A stretch of DNA of 32,000 bases, taken from positions 1,140 through 33,139 of the forward strand of contig PRDJ01000078.1 of assembly GCA_003345555.1 (NCBI GenBank), read 5' to 3'. A program made the position numbers and the translations under genes. A model generated the notes under the pieces. It worked only from the letters and a program-made list of their open reading frames with translations, ran no database searches and was not told where the DNA came from. Origin of the DNA: Candidatus Thorarchaeota archaeon (GTDB lineage Archaea > Asgardarchaeota > Thorarchaeia > Thorarchaeales > Thorarchaeaceae). Shown here one piece after another: positions 1 to 9,346 of this stretch (position 1 is the stretch's first letter; each line of letters opens with the position of its first letter).

Positions 1-1
1 G

Positions 2-622
2 ACCTCGGTCAAGAACCCTCCGAGGAAGCCGACAAGGCATAGGTATCTCCAGAGTCTTCTTTTCTTGGAAACTCCACTCCTCGAGAAATCTTTCTCTGAG
101 TGTCGAGCCGGTTTTCACAGTGCTGAGCTGAACTGAGCTGGTTCCGAAATCGAGTAGCCGCATGTAAATCCGGAATAGTGCCGGAGCCAGAACCGAGAGC
201 CCACCGATTGCTCTGTATACTCTGACTCTCTCTTTCACCTGTTCGCGCATCCAAGTGCTGTGAAGGGTCATTGTCGTCCTAATCCCTAGCGCCTTGAGTA
301 GGATTAGGAGAAACAACATCGGTTCTCCGAAGAACCCTCCGTACACCTTCCCGTGCGGCCCAAACTGAACATGGACGATATGAGGCCTCATTCTGCTAAT
401 CGCCCTGAGAAGCCCCAAAGGATACATGAGACTGCGGCCGTTCCATATTCGGTAGATTTCTGTTTTTCCCATCTCTGTCAAAAGCGGTTTTGCGTCTCGA
501 CCTGTGATTGCCAACACTCTGATGTTTCTGATGCTGTCTAGGCCGTGTATGAGTTCAGCAGCATAACTGGACTCGCCTGTCCTCTGAGGAGGCAATGGAG
601 AAATCATGGCGATTCGAAGCAT
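2..622 (-). CDS. Glycosyltransferase family 4 (GT-B), N-terminal part; runs off the window start
   Basis: My translation of the minus strand from ATG 622 is open to base 2: MLRIAMISPLPPQRTGESSYAAELIHGL...RPHIVHVQFG...TTMTLHST. The N-terminal PPxxxG motif and the HVQ/TLH motifs are typical of GT4. AGGTG lies upstream. It is absent from the ORF track because no stop falls in the window. Confidence 0.85.
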   Translation of the reverse strand, partial: MLRIAMISPLPPQRTGESSYAAELIHGLDSIRNIRVLAITGRDAKPLLTEMGKTEIYRIWNGRSLMYPLGLLRAISRMRPHIVHVQFGPHGKVYGGFFGEPMLFLLILLKALGIRTTMTLHSTWMREQVKERVRVYRAIGGLSVLAPALFRIYMRLLDFGTSSVQLSTVKTGSTLRERFLEEWSFQEKKTLEIPMPCRLPRRVLDRG

Positions 623-815
623 CGGACTCAGGCACCTTGGACCCTCTCGCTTGAAAAAGGCTTCCGAAGCCATGTCATCAAGAGTCTGCATAGCTTGGTT
701 TACGGGCGGTCAGGAGTAGGTTTATTCATGGGGTCCATCACGAGGCTCTGTAAACTTGCGAAGAGAGTCCCTTCCAACAGCCTAATCTGCCAAGGGACAA
801 CACGGTGATGAACAA

Positions 816-2357
816 GTGTCCGAAGGAGCTTTGCACCCTGCTAAGGGGACTTCCATGTTCCTGTTGCAGTCAATAATCTCTGGGCTCTTTCGGCTAGGTA
901 ACATCATGATCTTGGCTAGATTACTCCTGCCCCAAGAGATGGGCCGGGTCGCAGTTGTTGGGATAATCTACGCTTTCATGCAGTTTGTTGGAGCTTTCGG
1001 GTTAAACAACGCCTCCCCACTTGTGGTACCCCAGGAAGAACAAAATGGCCAAATGGAGCGAGTGCGATTCTTTCTGAGGCGATCGGTCGCGATTGTTTTG
1101 ACATCATCGATGTCTCTTGCCTTGCTATTGTTCGTCTTCTTGCCCTTGTTCGTGTCCCCGGAGACTCTTGCGCCCAGCCTCCTGTGGCTGGTCCTTGTCA
1201 TAGGACCATTTTCATCTCTTGAGGTCTTTCTCGATTCCTTCCTCTTGGCAAGATACAATGTGCGTCCGCTTGTAGCGGGCCGAATTCTGTTTGACCTATC
1301 TCGTGTCCTATTGACAGTCTTGCTAGTCATGGATGGCCTTGGCGCAACGGGCGTTGTAGTTGGCTGGTTCCTTGGTGAAGTCATCGCTGTCTCGGTCTTC
1401 GGCAGTCTAGTAGGTAGAGGATTGCCCAAGGTTTCTTCGCCTATTGTCATGAGGCCGATTCTTGGGTTTGCTCTCTCTACCATGCTCTTTCAGACGGTGG
1501 ACGTGACCATCCAGAACACAGATAGAGTCATTCTTCTGCAATTGACTGGCTTATCATCGTTGGGCGTGTATGATGTTCTCCTCGGAATGCTGTTCTTGAT
1601 TAGCTTCATTTCTCTTTCATTGTCCAGTGCTGTGTACCCCTACCTGACTCAAACTAGAGTCCGCCTTCAGGGGTTTGACGGTTGGGGCTATGGCATGGGT
1701 CGACTGGTCTCAATGCTTCTAAGGTACATGATGATGTTGCTCCTACCCATTTCGATTGTAGCAGCAATGAATTCTCATCTGGTGTTGACTGTATTTCTTG
1801 GACCTGCCTATGCCGAATACCCAAATGCTTCGCTGTCGTTCTCAATACTCATACTGTCTTACGTCGCCTGGGGCGCGGTGTATGGCATCCATATAAGTCT
1901 CCGGTCACTTGGTGAGGTGAAGTTCTTTGCCGCTGTTGGTGTCGGAATCATTTTCTTTGAGATTCAAGGCTGCTTGTTTCTCACCTCAATGCTGGGTTTG
2001 TTCGGATCCGCACTTGTGCGCGCTATGTACATAGTGCTTCTATGTGTCACTGGGTTGGCTAGACTGCGCCAAAGGGGTGTCGTTGGACTATCCTCTGTTG
2101 CAAAGTCTGTTGGCAGGATCGTTGCAGCTTCAGTCATCTGTGGCACGGCTGTCGTCTTTGTTGCACCAACTGGCATCCTGAGTTTCGTCTTTTGGGCGGC
2201 AATCTCCATGGGCCTCTACGTAGTACTGTTGTTTCTCTTTAGAGAGATTGCAGAGAGTGACTTTCGAATTGCACGCTCGATACTTCCCTTGGCATATCAT
2301 CGTCTTCTAGACAGAATAGAGACTGTGTACCTAAAGGGCTCTTCGGGCTCTCCCTGA
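816..2357 (+). CDS. Oligosaccharide flippase / polysaccharide biosynthesis protein (Wzx-like, MOP superfamily)
   Basis: 513 aa, hydrophobic throughout; ILARLLLPQEMGRVA, NTDRVILLQLTGLSSLGVYD and LGLFGSALV are Wzx-like segments; GGTGA at 804-808 before the GTG start. Confidence 0.85.
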   Translation: MSEGALHPAKGTSMFLLQSIISGLFRLGNIMILARLLLPQEMGRVAVVGIIYAFMQFVGAFGLNNASPLVVPQEEQNGQMERVRFFLRRSVAIVLTSSMSLALLLFVFLPLFVSPETLAPSLLWLVLVIGPFSSLEVFLDSFLLARYNVRPLVAGRILFDLSRVLLTVLLVMDGLGATGVVVGWFLGEVIAVSVFGSLVGRGLPKVSSPIVMRPILGFALSTMLFQTVDVTIQNTDRVILLQLTGLSSLGVYDVLLGMLFLISFISLSLSSAVYPYLTQTRVRLQGFDGWGYGMGRLVSMLLRYMMMLLLPISIVAAMNSHLVLTVFLGPAYAEYPNASLSFSILILSYVAWGAVYGIHISLRSLGEVKFFAAVGVGIIFFEIQGCLFLTSMLGLFGSALVRAMYIVLLCVTGLARLRQRGVVGLSSVAKSVGRIVAASVICGTAVVFVAPTGILSFVFWAAISMGLYVVLLFLFREIAESDFRIARSILPLAYHRLLDRIETVYLKGSSGSP

Positions 2358-2534
2358 GCTGCCTCACTACGGAGTCGTTCCTACGCTGGACCTAAAGGTG
2401 ATCGTGTTTTCCATTGTCTCGGATGGCTGCCGGCTGGATTTTGCACGCTGTTCGAATCAGAATGCCACGATATTGATTCTTGTGTCGCAATGAGTGTCAC
2501 GCACGATATTCGCCGCTTGTAGGTTGTTCGTCTA

Positions 2535-3587
2535 CTAATCCGTACCCCACAGCGCCAAGTAGGTCTCTGCCAAACGATTCCAAGACATCTTGGCGGCAAA
2601 CGCTCTTCCTCTCTGAGAAACGTCGGCAGCAAGTCTGGAATCCCTGAATAGACGAGCAATCTCGTTAGCAACGCCTTCCGGACTTGTCTGGATAGATATT
2701 GGTCCTCCTTCGTCTATCACTGCTTTCAGATAATCAGATTTCAGTGCAGATCTTGCAATCCCGATGACAGGAAGACCCAGAGACATGGCCTCAAGGATTG
2801 AAAGGTAACCCCCAGCAAGACAAACCTCTCTCTCGTTCATGACTTCGCTTGGATTGTTGATTATTCCTGCAAATTCAACCTCCACACCTCTCGACAATGC
2901 CAAGTCGGCAACCTCCTGCTCAATACTTCCTGAGCCACATATCGTCAACGCCAGGGCGATGCCGTACTTCTCTCCAAGGATTGCCAAAGCCTTTACATAT
3001 TCGGGGATGCCCGTGTCTTCTTCAATTCTCCCAACGAACACGGCCCCTTTTCTTGGTTGTCGAGGTAGCGGCTTGAGCTCAACAGCCCCCAGAGAAAGTC
3101 TGTCACACTGCACTCCATACTGTCGTGCAATGAACCCGCCCACGCAGAGGCATCTTCGAGCCAGTCTCCTAGCGAGCACACGCAGGACCTTGTAAGCAAT
3201 TGGCACAGGGTCTCTTTCAAAACCATGAAAAGTCGCAAAGACAGGCCTTTCCGGAGAAAACAACATTAAAGGGGCATACCAGAATACTAGTGGAATAGGA
3301 TCGTGAACGTGAATAATATCGTGTTTCTTGATCCAGTGGCGATTCGCAATCATCCATAAGGCAACAAGGAACGGGTTACTGTCCCAAGCATAGGGAATCC
3401 GTATGATTATCGAGTTGTCGAGCCTTTCCTGTCGAGCGATTCCTTGGGAATTGCTTGAGGTCAAGACAGTTACACCAAGTCCTCGTGCTGCGAGCTCATT
3501 CACAACGCCTTCTATATGCCTCTGGACCCCACCGACAGCCGGCAAGTAGTGTTCCGAGATCATCAGAACACGGACTCCGTTTTCCAA
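2535..3587 (-). CDS. Glycosyltransferase family 4
   Basis: 350 aa; HYLPAVGGVQRHI, DIIHVHD, ATFHG, FVGRI and LEAMSLGLPVI motifs; TTG start. Confidence 0.9.
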   Translation of the reverse strand: MENGVRVLMISEHYLPAVGGVQRHIEGVVNELAARGLGVTVLTSSNSQGIARQERLDNSIIIRIPYAWDSNPFLVALWMIANRHWIKKHDIIHVHDPIPLVFWYAPLMLFSPERPVFATFHGFERDPVPIAYKVLRVLARRLARRCLCVGGFIARQYGVQCDRLSLGAVELKPLPRQPRKGAVFVGRIEEDTGIPEYVKALAILGEKYGIALALTICGSGSIEQEVADLALSRGVEVEFAGIINNPSEVMNEREVCLAGGYLSILEAMSLGLPVIGIARSALKSDYLKAVIDEGGPISIQTSPEGVANEIARLFRDSRLAADVSQRGRAFAAKMSWNRLAETYLALWGTD

Positions 3588-3672
3588 GTCAAGAGGCCTA
3601 AGGCTTCATGCCGCAATCTCGTTATTTAGGCTTGTTACTTAACAGGTGTTCCGTGCTGGGCAAGTATCTGTT

Positions 3673-6282
3673 CTACACCCCTTGGACATCCCACAAGGAT
3701 ATGGATGGAATGATGACTGTGCCACTAGGACTTCCTTCAATCACGATATGAATATCACCGATGTTGACATGGTCCAGAGGACAATAATATTCATCAGTTG
3801 TTAAGGCCAGTGCGTAGTTTACGAAATCGGCGGCCGAATTCCAGACTTCGATTCTTGCTACTCTTGCAGACAAATTGAAGACGTTGAACAGCAGAAAGCC
3901 TTCATTCACACTGAGATTCAGATCAAAATGAGCTGGGCGCCATGTACTCGTATGATTCTCCAGATCTCCTATTACGAGTGCAGGGTATCCACCCAGGTTC
4001 ACTATAGCTCCATCATTGGTAGCGCCCCATCCAGGGCTCAACAAATCGGCATTCCACACTCTCGTGTAGCTCAGGTTCTCGAATCTGAATATGCGCGTAT
4101 GCTCACCAGAGCTGCTAGGTGGCGTTTGAGCGACAAGGGTTAGTGAGACCAAGGGGCCAGTTATGTTCTCACTCTCAGGTATCAAGACTGTATTTGTCAG
4201 TAAGGGGATCGAACTACCTACTGCAATCGGATAGTCCAAAAGCTCAGAAATGGTTCTCCAGTGAGCGACCGTGTACGGGTCAACCAATAGGTAACTCGCT
4301 TTGAACTGGTGAGCCAGTGCGGCCAGTTGTTTGCTTGCGTTGGCAAGAGGAAGACCTGCCTGACTGAATGAAAGGATTGCCGAGCGCCTACCAGTGAACC
4401 ATGAGAACTCCCTTCCCCTATCCGCCAAATAGACAGAATCAATACCGCTTATCTGACTCACAATGTCAGGAAGATCCTGCCAAGCATATCTCTTCTCGAT
4501 GTTGACAAGATCAAGTCCATATGGTATAGCAAGATAGGATGGTACAAACCCCACGAGGATTATACTGGCGAGCACAAGCGCTCTTCTCCTTCTCTTTGGA
4601 AGGAACGCAGCCGGAAGCTCCAATGTGCTATTTGTGTTGGGTTCTGAGCTTTCTGCTGCGAAAAATGCTCCAAGTGAAATGACAAACAACATCGTCAGGA
4701 GAAGAAAGAACCTCGAATCAGAGTAGAGGTATTGAAGCTCGAGGCTGCCTTCGACAACGCTCAGCACTCTTAGTGTTCCAGCTGCAGCCACTAGGGCAGT
4801 AGCCACGAGTATGAGTGACATCTGCTTGTTTCTTCCTCGAGTTAATGCCAGAGGAACAACGCACGCCAGTACTGGCGTTAGGTGGAACACGAGGAAGAAT
4901 GCGAAGCTGGCGATTGTGCTTGGTGGCAGCGGTGCCAGCACAACCGACGCCAGCTGTTCTCCTTGGAAGACAGTAATCTGCCCCGCGAAGTAAGCTTTCG
5001 CTTGGAGTGGCCATATCCATGCAACTTCAGCAACCATGATACCTACGAAGAAAGGAGTGTACCTGCCGATTCCAAGGGTAGGCTTCAATCGCTTCACTGT
5101 CGCTAGAAGGAAGTACAGAAGTGCGTACATTCCGTAGAACACGAACACGTTACTATAGTACAGTCTGGCTATCAACACCAATGGCAGAAGCAAAGAAAAT
5201 GATAGATTTCTACCTCGCCCTAGTCTCCTTGCAACCAAGAACACAACTGGAAATGTGATGCATGCTAGGTAGAAATCTGCATACCAGATAGCATCCACGA
5301 GTCCGATAAGTATCCCGACCCCTAGTAGTACTCCTTTGCTACTATCTTGGCACTCTACCATCAAGAGTGTTCCATACATGACAAAGAGAAGACTCGTAAT
5401 CTCTGGTCCATACCCAACGGCAGAGTGGAACACGAAGAGTGGGTGAATCGCTATTAGACAGGTTGACCAAGTCGCCGCAGCAGTTCCGAACCAACGTTCA
5501 GTCAATGAGAAGCACGGGAAAAGTAGCACTAGCCCTATCAGAGCGAGAATGAGAGTTGGACCCGAAGTACCTGGCGAAGCTAGAAGCCACGACACGGCGA
5601 AGACATAGGTCATTGCCTGATGGGCGACATAGTCGACGTCCGTGCCAATTGCTAAGACCGCGCTGTCGTTGGAAACAGAGGATTCGAAAGTCCCGTTCAT
5701 GATGTTTCTTGCGTAGTCCGCATACAGAGAGGCATCGGGAGCTATGGAACCCTGCGCGAAGTACAGGAGTATCATCCGTACTAGCAATCCCAAGACAAGG
5801 ATCATAACGAGAGATTTGTGCCATCGAAATCTGATCGCATCGGCCAAGTCATGCTGTCTGTTCCCTAGTCGCAGTAGGAGTAAGCCAAGCCCCAGAGTGC
5901 ATGAACTCATCAGCAACATCCAAGGCATGAGGGATATTCTGAACCCTAGGAGTGTCACGTTGTACAAGAGGTGTGTCTCAAGTACTGTAAGTACGATACC
6001 TGAGAGCAACGTGGTTCCTATGTCCATGACCTGCTTCGGGAGGACCAGAGTGGTCAAGATGGCGCCCTGAACAACAATCAGAGTGACCAGCCCCGAAAGA
6101 AACCTCACGGGAACGACGATGGGTGAAAGAACAAGCGAATATGACACGAAGAATACAAACGCACTCGTCAAATACACGATGGTCAGACGGGAATCCCAGC
6201 CGAGCTTGAACCAAGGACCCATAAAGGCAGGCAGTTGGCTCAGTCTTGATTCAGGAACAACTTCTTCGCCATGCAAACCCAT
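3673..6282 (-). CDS. Large polytopic membrane protein, GT-C (ArnT/PMT-like) glycosyltransferase candidate with soluble C-terminal domain
   Basis: 869 aa; many hydrophobic helices; PDASLYADYARNI loop and YGPEITSLLF segment resemble ArnT/PMT-type GT-C motifs; about 280-aa hydrophilic C-terminus; GGTGG upstream of ATG. Confidence 0.65.
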   Translation of the reverse strand: MGLHGEEVVPESRLSQLPAFMGPWFKLGWDSRLTIVYLTSAFVFFVSYSLVLSPIVVPVRFLSGLVTLIVVQGAILTTLVLPKQVMDIGTTLLSGIVLTVLETHLLYNVTLLGFRISLMPWMLLMSSCTLGLGLLLLRLGNRQHDLADAIRFRWHKSLVMILVLGLLVRMILLYFAQGSIAPDASLYADYARNIMNGTFESSVSNDSAVLAIGTDVDYVAHQAMTYVFAVSWLLASPGTSGPTLILALIGLVLLFPCFSLTERWFGTAAATWSTCLIAIHPLFVFHSAVGYGPEITSLLFVMYGTLLMVECQDSSKGVLLGVGILIGLVDAIWYADFYLACITFPVVFLVARRLGRGRNLSFSLLLPLVLIARLYYSNVFVFYGMYALLYFLLATVKRLKPTLGIGRYTPFFVGIMVAEVAWIWPLQAKAYFAGQITVFQGEQLASVVLAPLPPSTIASFAFFLVFHLTPVLACVVPLALTRGRNKQMSLILVATALVAAAGTLRVLSVVEGSLELQYLYSDSRFFLLLTMLFVISLGAFFAAESSEPNTNSTLELPAAFLPKRRRRALVLASIILVGFVPSYLAIPYGLDLVNIEKRYAWQDLPDIVSQISGIDSVYLADRGREFSWFTGRRSAILSFSQAGLPLANASKQLAALAHQFKASYLLVDPYTVAHWRTISELLDYPIAVGSSIPLLTNTVLIPESENITGPLVSLTLVAQTPPSSSGEHTRIFRFENLSYTRVWNADLLSPGWGATNDGAIVNLGGYPALVIGDLENHTSTWRPAHFDLNLSVNEGFLLFNVFNLSARVARIEVWNSAADFVNYALALTTDEYYCPLDHVNIGDIHIVIEGSPSGTVIIPSISLWDVQGV

Positions 6283-6424
6283 GGAGTCCCACCTGGTTGA
6301 ATACTCGATGAAGCAAGTTGCAACGATGACTGCTTAAGGAGGAAACCTCCATACAGCTGTGTTTCTCGTACAATCTGCGCATCTGTGCTCGGGGTGATTA
6401 CAATCAGCGGTCGTACGTGCTAGG

Positions 6425-6432
6425 TATTTAAA
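6425..6432 (-). promoter_or_regulatory. Candidate TATA box (TTTAAATA) for the 869-aa membrane protein gene
   Basis: Matches the archaeal box A consensus in a 294-bp intergenic gap; about 140 nt from the start codon, so a long leader would be implied. Confidence 0.4.
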
Positions 6433-6542
6433 AATGATACTGAGAGAATCTACCTCGGCAGGTTTCTTCCGCTTCGACGGACGAGAATCCTGCTCTTCTT
6501 ACCCACTCAACCCTCCCGAATTGTCTTGTTTGCCATTGGCCC

Positions 6543-6568
6543 AAAAAGCAAGCCCTTCGTATGGAAGG
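6543..6568 (-). terminator. Possible terminator: 5-bp hairpin plus T5 tract just after the SDR stop codon
   Basis: The minus strand reads CCTTC-CATAC-GAAGG-GCTTGC-TTTTT just downstream of the stop at 6577; the stem is weak. Confidence 0.25.
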
Positions 6569-6576
6569 TTGACACA

Positions 6577-7560
6577 CTAGGCAGGCATGGATGGAATGAC
6601 CCACCCAGAATTGTTGTATTTGAGATCCTTGTAGTCAGTCACAACGCCATCCTGAAGGAGCTCTTTCACGCCTCTGATGCTCTTGACAAAAGACAGTTGC
6701 GTATCAAAGCCTATCTCGTGAATCTTCCCAAAGTCAACGCGGTACGATCGCGAGTCGTCGCGATTGGGCGCCCATGTCAGCTTCACGTCACCGAGTTGCT
6801 TTGCCACAAGCTCTCCAAGATGTCCAATAGTGATGTTGTGGTCATCTGAACCAACATTGATGATTGAGTGAGAGACTAGTCCTGAATCAGCTTCTAGGAT
6901 CATGGAAAACGCTCTGGATGCATCTCTTACGTCGAGCAAAGGCCTCCATTGGTTGCCGCCGAAGACCCTCACCTCATGATCAAAATACGCCGTTGCAGTC
7001 ATCACGTTCAGTACGAGATCGAACCTCATCCTGAATGAAGGGCCGCAGAGTGTTGATAGACGCATGACAACGGGCTCAAAGCCGTTCGGGACGCCAAGCA
7101 ACGCCTGTTCTGACTCAAGCTTGGTTTTAGCATAGAGAGAAAGAGGTTGTGTCGGGCTGGATTCCGTAACAGTCATACCCTCACTTTCCCCATATACACT
7201 GCAGGTTGATGCAAAAAGGAATCTTCGGACTCCGTTAGACTTCGCGACCTGGGCCAGAAGCCTTGTTGCCCAATAGTTGGTCTCAATCGAGGCATCTCCA
7301 TTCCTTTCGCACGCTGGAACGCCCACAATTGCAGCAAGATCGATTACAGCATCAACATCTTTCATGGCTGATGTTATGTCTTCTACGTGTCGAATGTCTC
7401 CCTTGACGAATTGAAACCTCGGGTTGCTGAACAACGCCGAAATCGACTCATCTCCGAATATCAACCTGTCCAATACTCTCACATAGTGGCCCCGTTCAAG
7501 CAGGTGCCTCGCAAGTGTTGATCCGAGGTAGCCCGCGCCACCGGTGAGAAGCACTTTCAT
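6577..7560 (-). CDS. NAD-dependent nucleotide-sugar epimerase/dehydratase (extended SDR)
   Basis: 327 aa; TGGAGYLG Rossmann motif, FASTCSVYG, YAKTK (YxxxK), MRFDLVLN. Confidence 0.9.
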   Translation of the reverse strand: MKVLLTGGAGYLGSTLARHLLERGHYVRVLDRLIFGDESISALFSNPRFQFVKGDIRHVEDITSAMKDVDAVIDLAAIVGVPACERNGDASIETNYWATRLLAQVAKSNGVRRFLFASTCSVYGESEGMTVTESSPTQPLSLYAKTKLESEQALLGVPNGFEPVVMRLSTLCGPSFRMRFDLVLNVMTATAYFDHEVRVFGGNQWRPLLDVRDASRAFSMILEADSGLVSHSIINVGSDDHNITIGHLGELVAKQLGDVKLTWAPNRDDSRSYRVDFGKIHEIGFDTQLSFVKSIRGVKELLQDGVVTDYKDLKYNNSGWVIPSMPA

Positions 7561-7629
7561 TTCTGCCTACAGCCCCCAGTTTTCCTGAATCACTCTGAAT
7601 CGAATCTATATGTCTGGGAGCCTCATACC

Positions 7630-7637
7630 CTTTTATA
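7630..7637 (-). promoter_or_regulatory. Candidate TATA box (TATAAAAG) for the SDR gene starting at 7560
   Basis: Canonical TATA sequence about 70 nt upstream of the ATG. Confidence 0.55.
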
Positions 7638-8106
7638 CTGTATCATGAGGTATCATCTGTACTCGTTAGTCGAGTGTTCGCAGTATCCCCCAGAAGGCCG
7701 GTCTTCGCCTTACAAACGGATGAGATTCCCTTCCAATGAAGCTAGTCGACCAAACAGTTTCAGCCGGTGACTGCCATCCATTTGAGTCTGTCTGGCTGCT
7801 CATGCAGGCAGAGGTTGGGTGTCACTGGTCGGCAACTAGCTGGAAGACATGAGCAGAGGCAGGCTGGAAGACAGTCATATAGCGCTTCCGCCAACGCTGC
7901 CTGATGGTCTTGAGCTCTAAGAACCATGGTGTTCAACGGTTGACACTCAGATGGCGACCAAACGGGGACCACATGAGTAAAGAAACAGGTAGAGAAGGAC
8001 TCCTTATGGCTCTCACGTTCTTCACTTCTCGAAACGTTTTTCAGTGGACACCAAACCCATCATATAGACCGGCGGCCAAAGAGGCCTAGGGCAATGAGGT
8101 AATCGC

Positions 8107-9324
8107 GTGGCCCGTCTTCTCTACATGGTCGAGCATTTTCCGCCGGAGATGTCTACAGGGCGTCTTGAATTCGAACTCTCTCAGGAACTTATCAAGAGAG
8201 GGCACACAGTCACCATAGTAACGAGCTTCCCACGACCCTATTTCCTAGAGAGTCCTTATCCTAACAAGGGCCGATTCGTCTACTGGGAGCGACTCTCGGG
8301 CCTGAGGGTAGCGAGGATGGGTCCTGAGTTCTCAGAAAGGGACAATCTGTTCATGCGAGGACTTGAGTACTTCCTTTCTTTCTTCTCGTTCTTTGTCGGT
8401 GGTCTGATTTCTGGGCCCGTCGATGTTATTCTTTGCACAACCCCGCCTATCACTCATGCGTTTGCCGCCTCTCTGTTGGGCAAGCTGACTCGCCGTCGGG
8501 TTATCACAAGAGTTGTTGATGTGCACCCTCGTGCATTGCTCGAGCTAGGATTCTTGCGACAGGGAACGATATACCAGATACTAAGGCTGATGGAGAAGCT
8601 AGTGTACAGGAATACAGCCTGTCTCACAACCATTTCGAATGGGCTTGGAAGAAACATAGTTGAGGCCGGAGCAACACCCGAAAAGGTGGTCATAGTTCCA
8701 AACTGGGGAAGCGCCGAAGGGTTCCATGTATCGGAAAGGCCGGTTTCGCTACCTCCCCGAGTAGCAGGCAAGTTCCTAGTCACCTATGCAGGGATAATGT
8801 CTTGGCCGCAAGATCTCGAGACAATAGTTGACGCGGCTGCCCGTCTACGAAATGAAAAAGGCATACATTTCTTGCTCGTGGGGGACGGGCCGCAGCATGA
8901 ATTGCTCGTAGAGAAAAGCAAGAAGCTACGCCTTGAGAATCTCGACTTTGTGCCTCTTCAGCCGAAACAAGAGTACTTGCGAATCCTGCACGCTTCTCAT
9001 GTATGCATCGTGTCATTGAAGAAGGAAATGGTATCTCTTTCATTCCCATCAAAGATGCTTGATATTATGGCATGTGGCCGATCAGTCTTGGCCAATGTGC
9101 CAACAGGGGAAATCGTCGATGTAGTCAAAGACGCTAACTGTGGTCTTTCGGTTGAACCACAGAAACCAGACGATTTCGCAGAAGCGGTGCTGAAGCTATA
9201 TCGTAGTCCGGACATGGCCGAAAGAATGGGGCGGAATGGTCTAGAATACATGAAGCAGCATTTCACAGTCGAAGCGGCTGCCGATAGATACGAGAAGATT
9301 GTTGAACGACTGACCAAGCATTGA
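8107..9324 (+). CDS. Glycosyltransferase family 4, WbuB-like
   Basis: 405 aa; EHFPPE, TSFPR, TTPP, DVHP, VIVPNW, YAGIM, LVGDGP and FPSKMLDIMACG are WbuB-like GT4 motifs; GAGGT upstream of the GTG start. Confidence 0.88.
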   Translation: MARLLYMVEHFPPEMSTGRLEFELSQELIKRGHTVTIVTSFPRPYFLESPYPNKGRFVYWERLSGLRVARMGPEFSERDNLFMRGLEYFLSFFSFFVGGLISGPVDVILCTTPPITHAFAASLLGKLTRRRVITRVVDVHPRALLELGFLRQGTIYQILRLMEKLVYRNTACLTTISNGLGRNIVEAGATPEKVVIVPNWGSAEGFHVSERPVSLPPRVAGKFLVTYAGIMSWPQDLETIVDAAARLRNEKGIHFLLVGDGPQHELLVEKSKKLRLENLDFVPLQPKQEYLRILHASHVCIVSLKKEMVSLSFPSKMLDIMACGRSVLANVPTGEIVDVVKDANCGLSVEPQKPDDFAEAVLKLYRSPDMAERMGRNGLEYMKQHFTVEAAADRYEKIVERLTKH

Positions 9325-9346
9325 GTTTACGGTGCAACGGCTTCTG

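Noticed and set aside
353-808. Short plus-strand ORFs 353-541 and 545-808, and minus-strand ORF 9-254
   Set aside because: They are antisense or out of frame to the partial GT4 gene at 2-622, which explains the region.
2440-2470. GTTCGAATC resembling a tRNA T-loop
   Set aside because: Only 3 bp of T-stem can form, and no acceptor, D or anticodon arms can be built.
7760-8089. Small ORFs 7760-7972 (-) and 7904-8089 (+)
   Set aside because: They overlap each other, lack motifs and lack convincing ribosome-binding sites.
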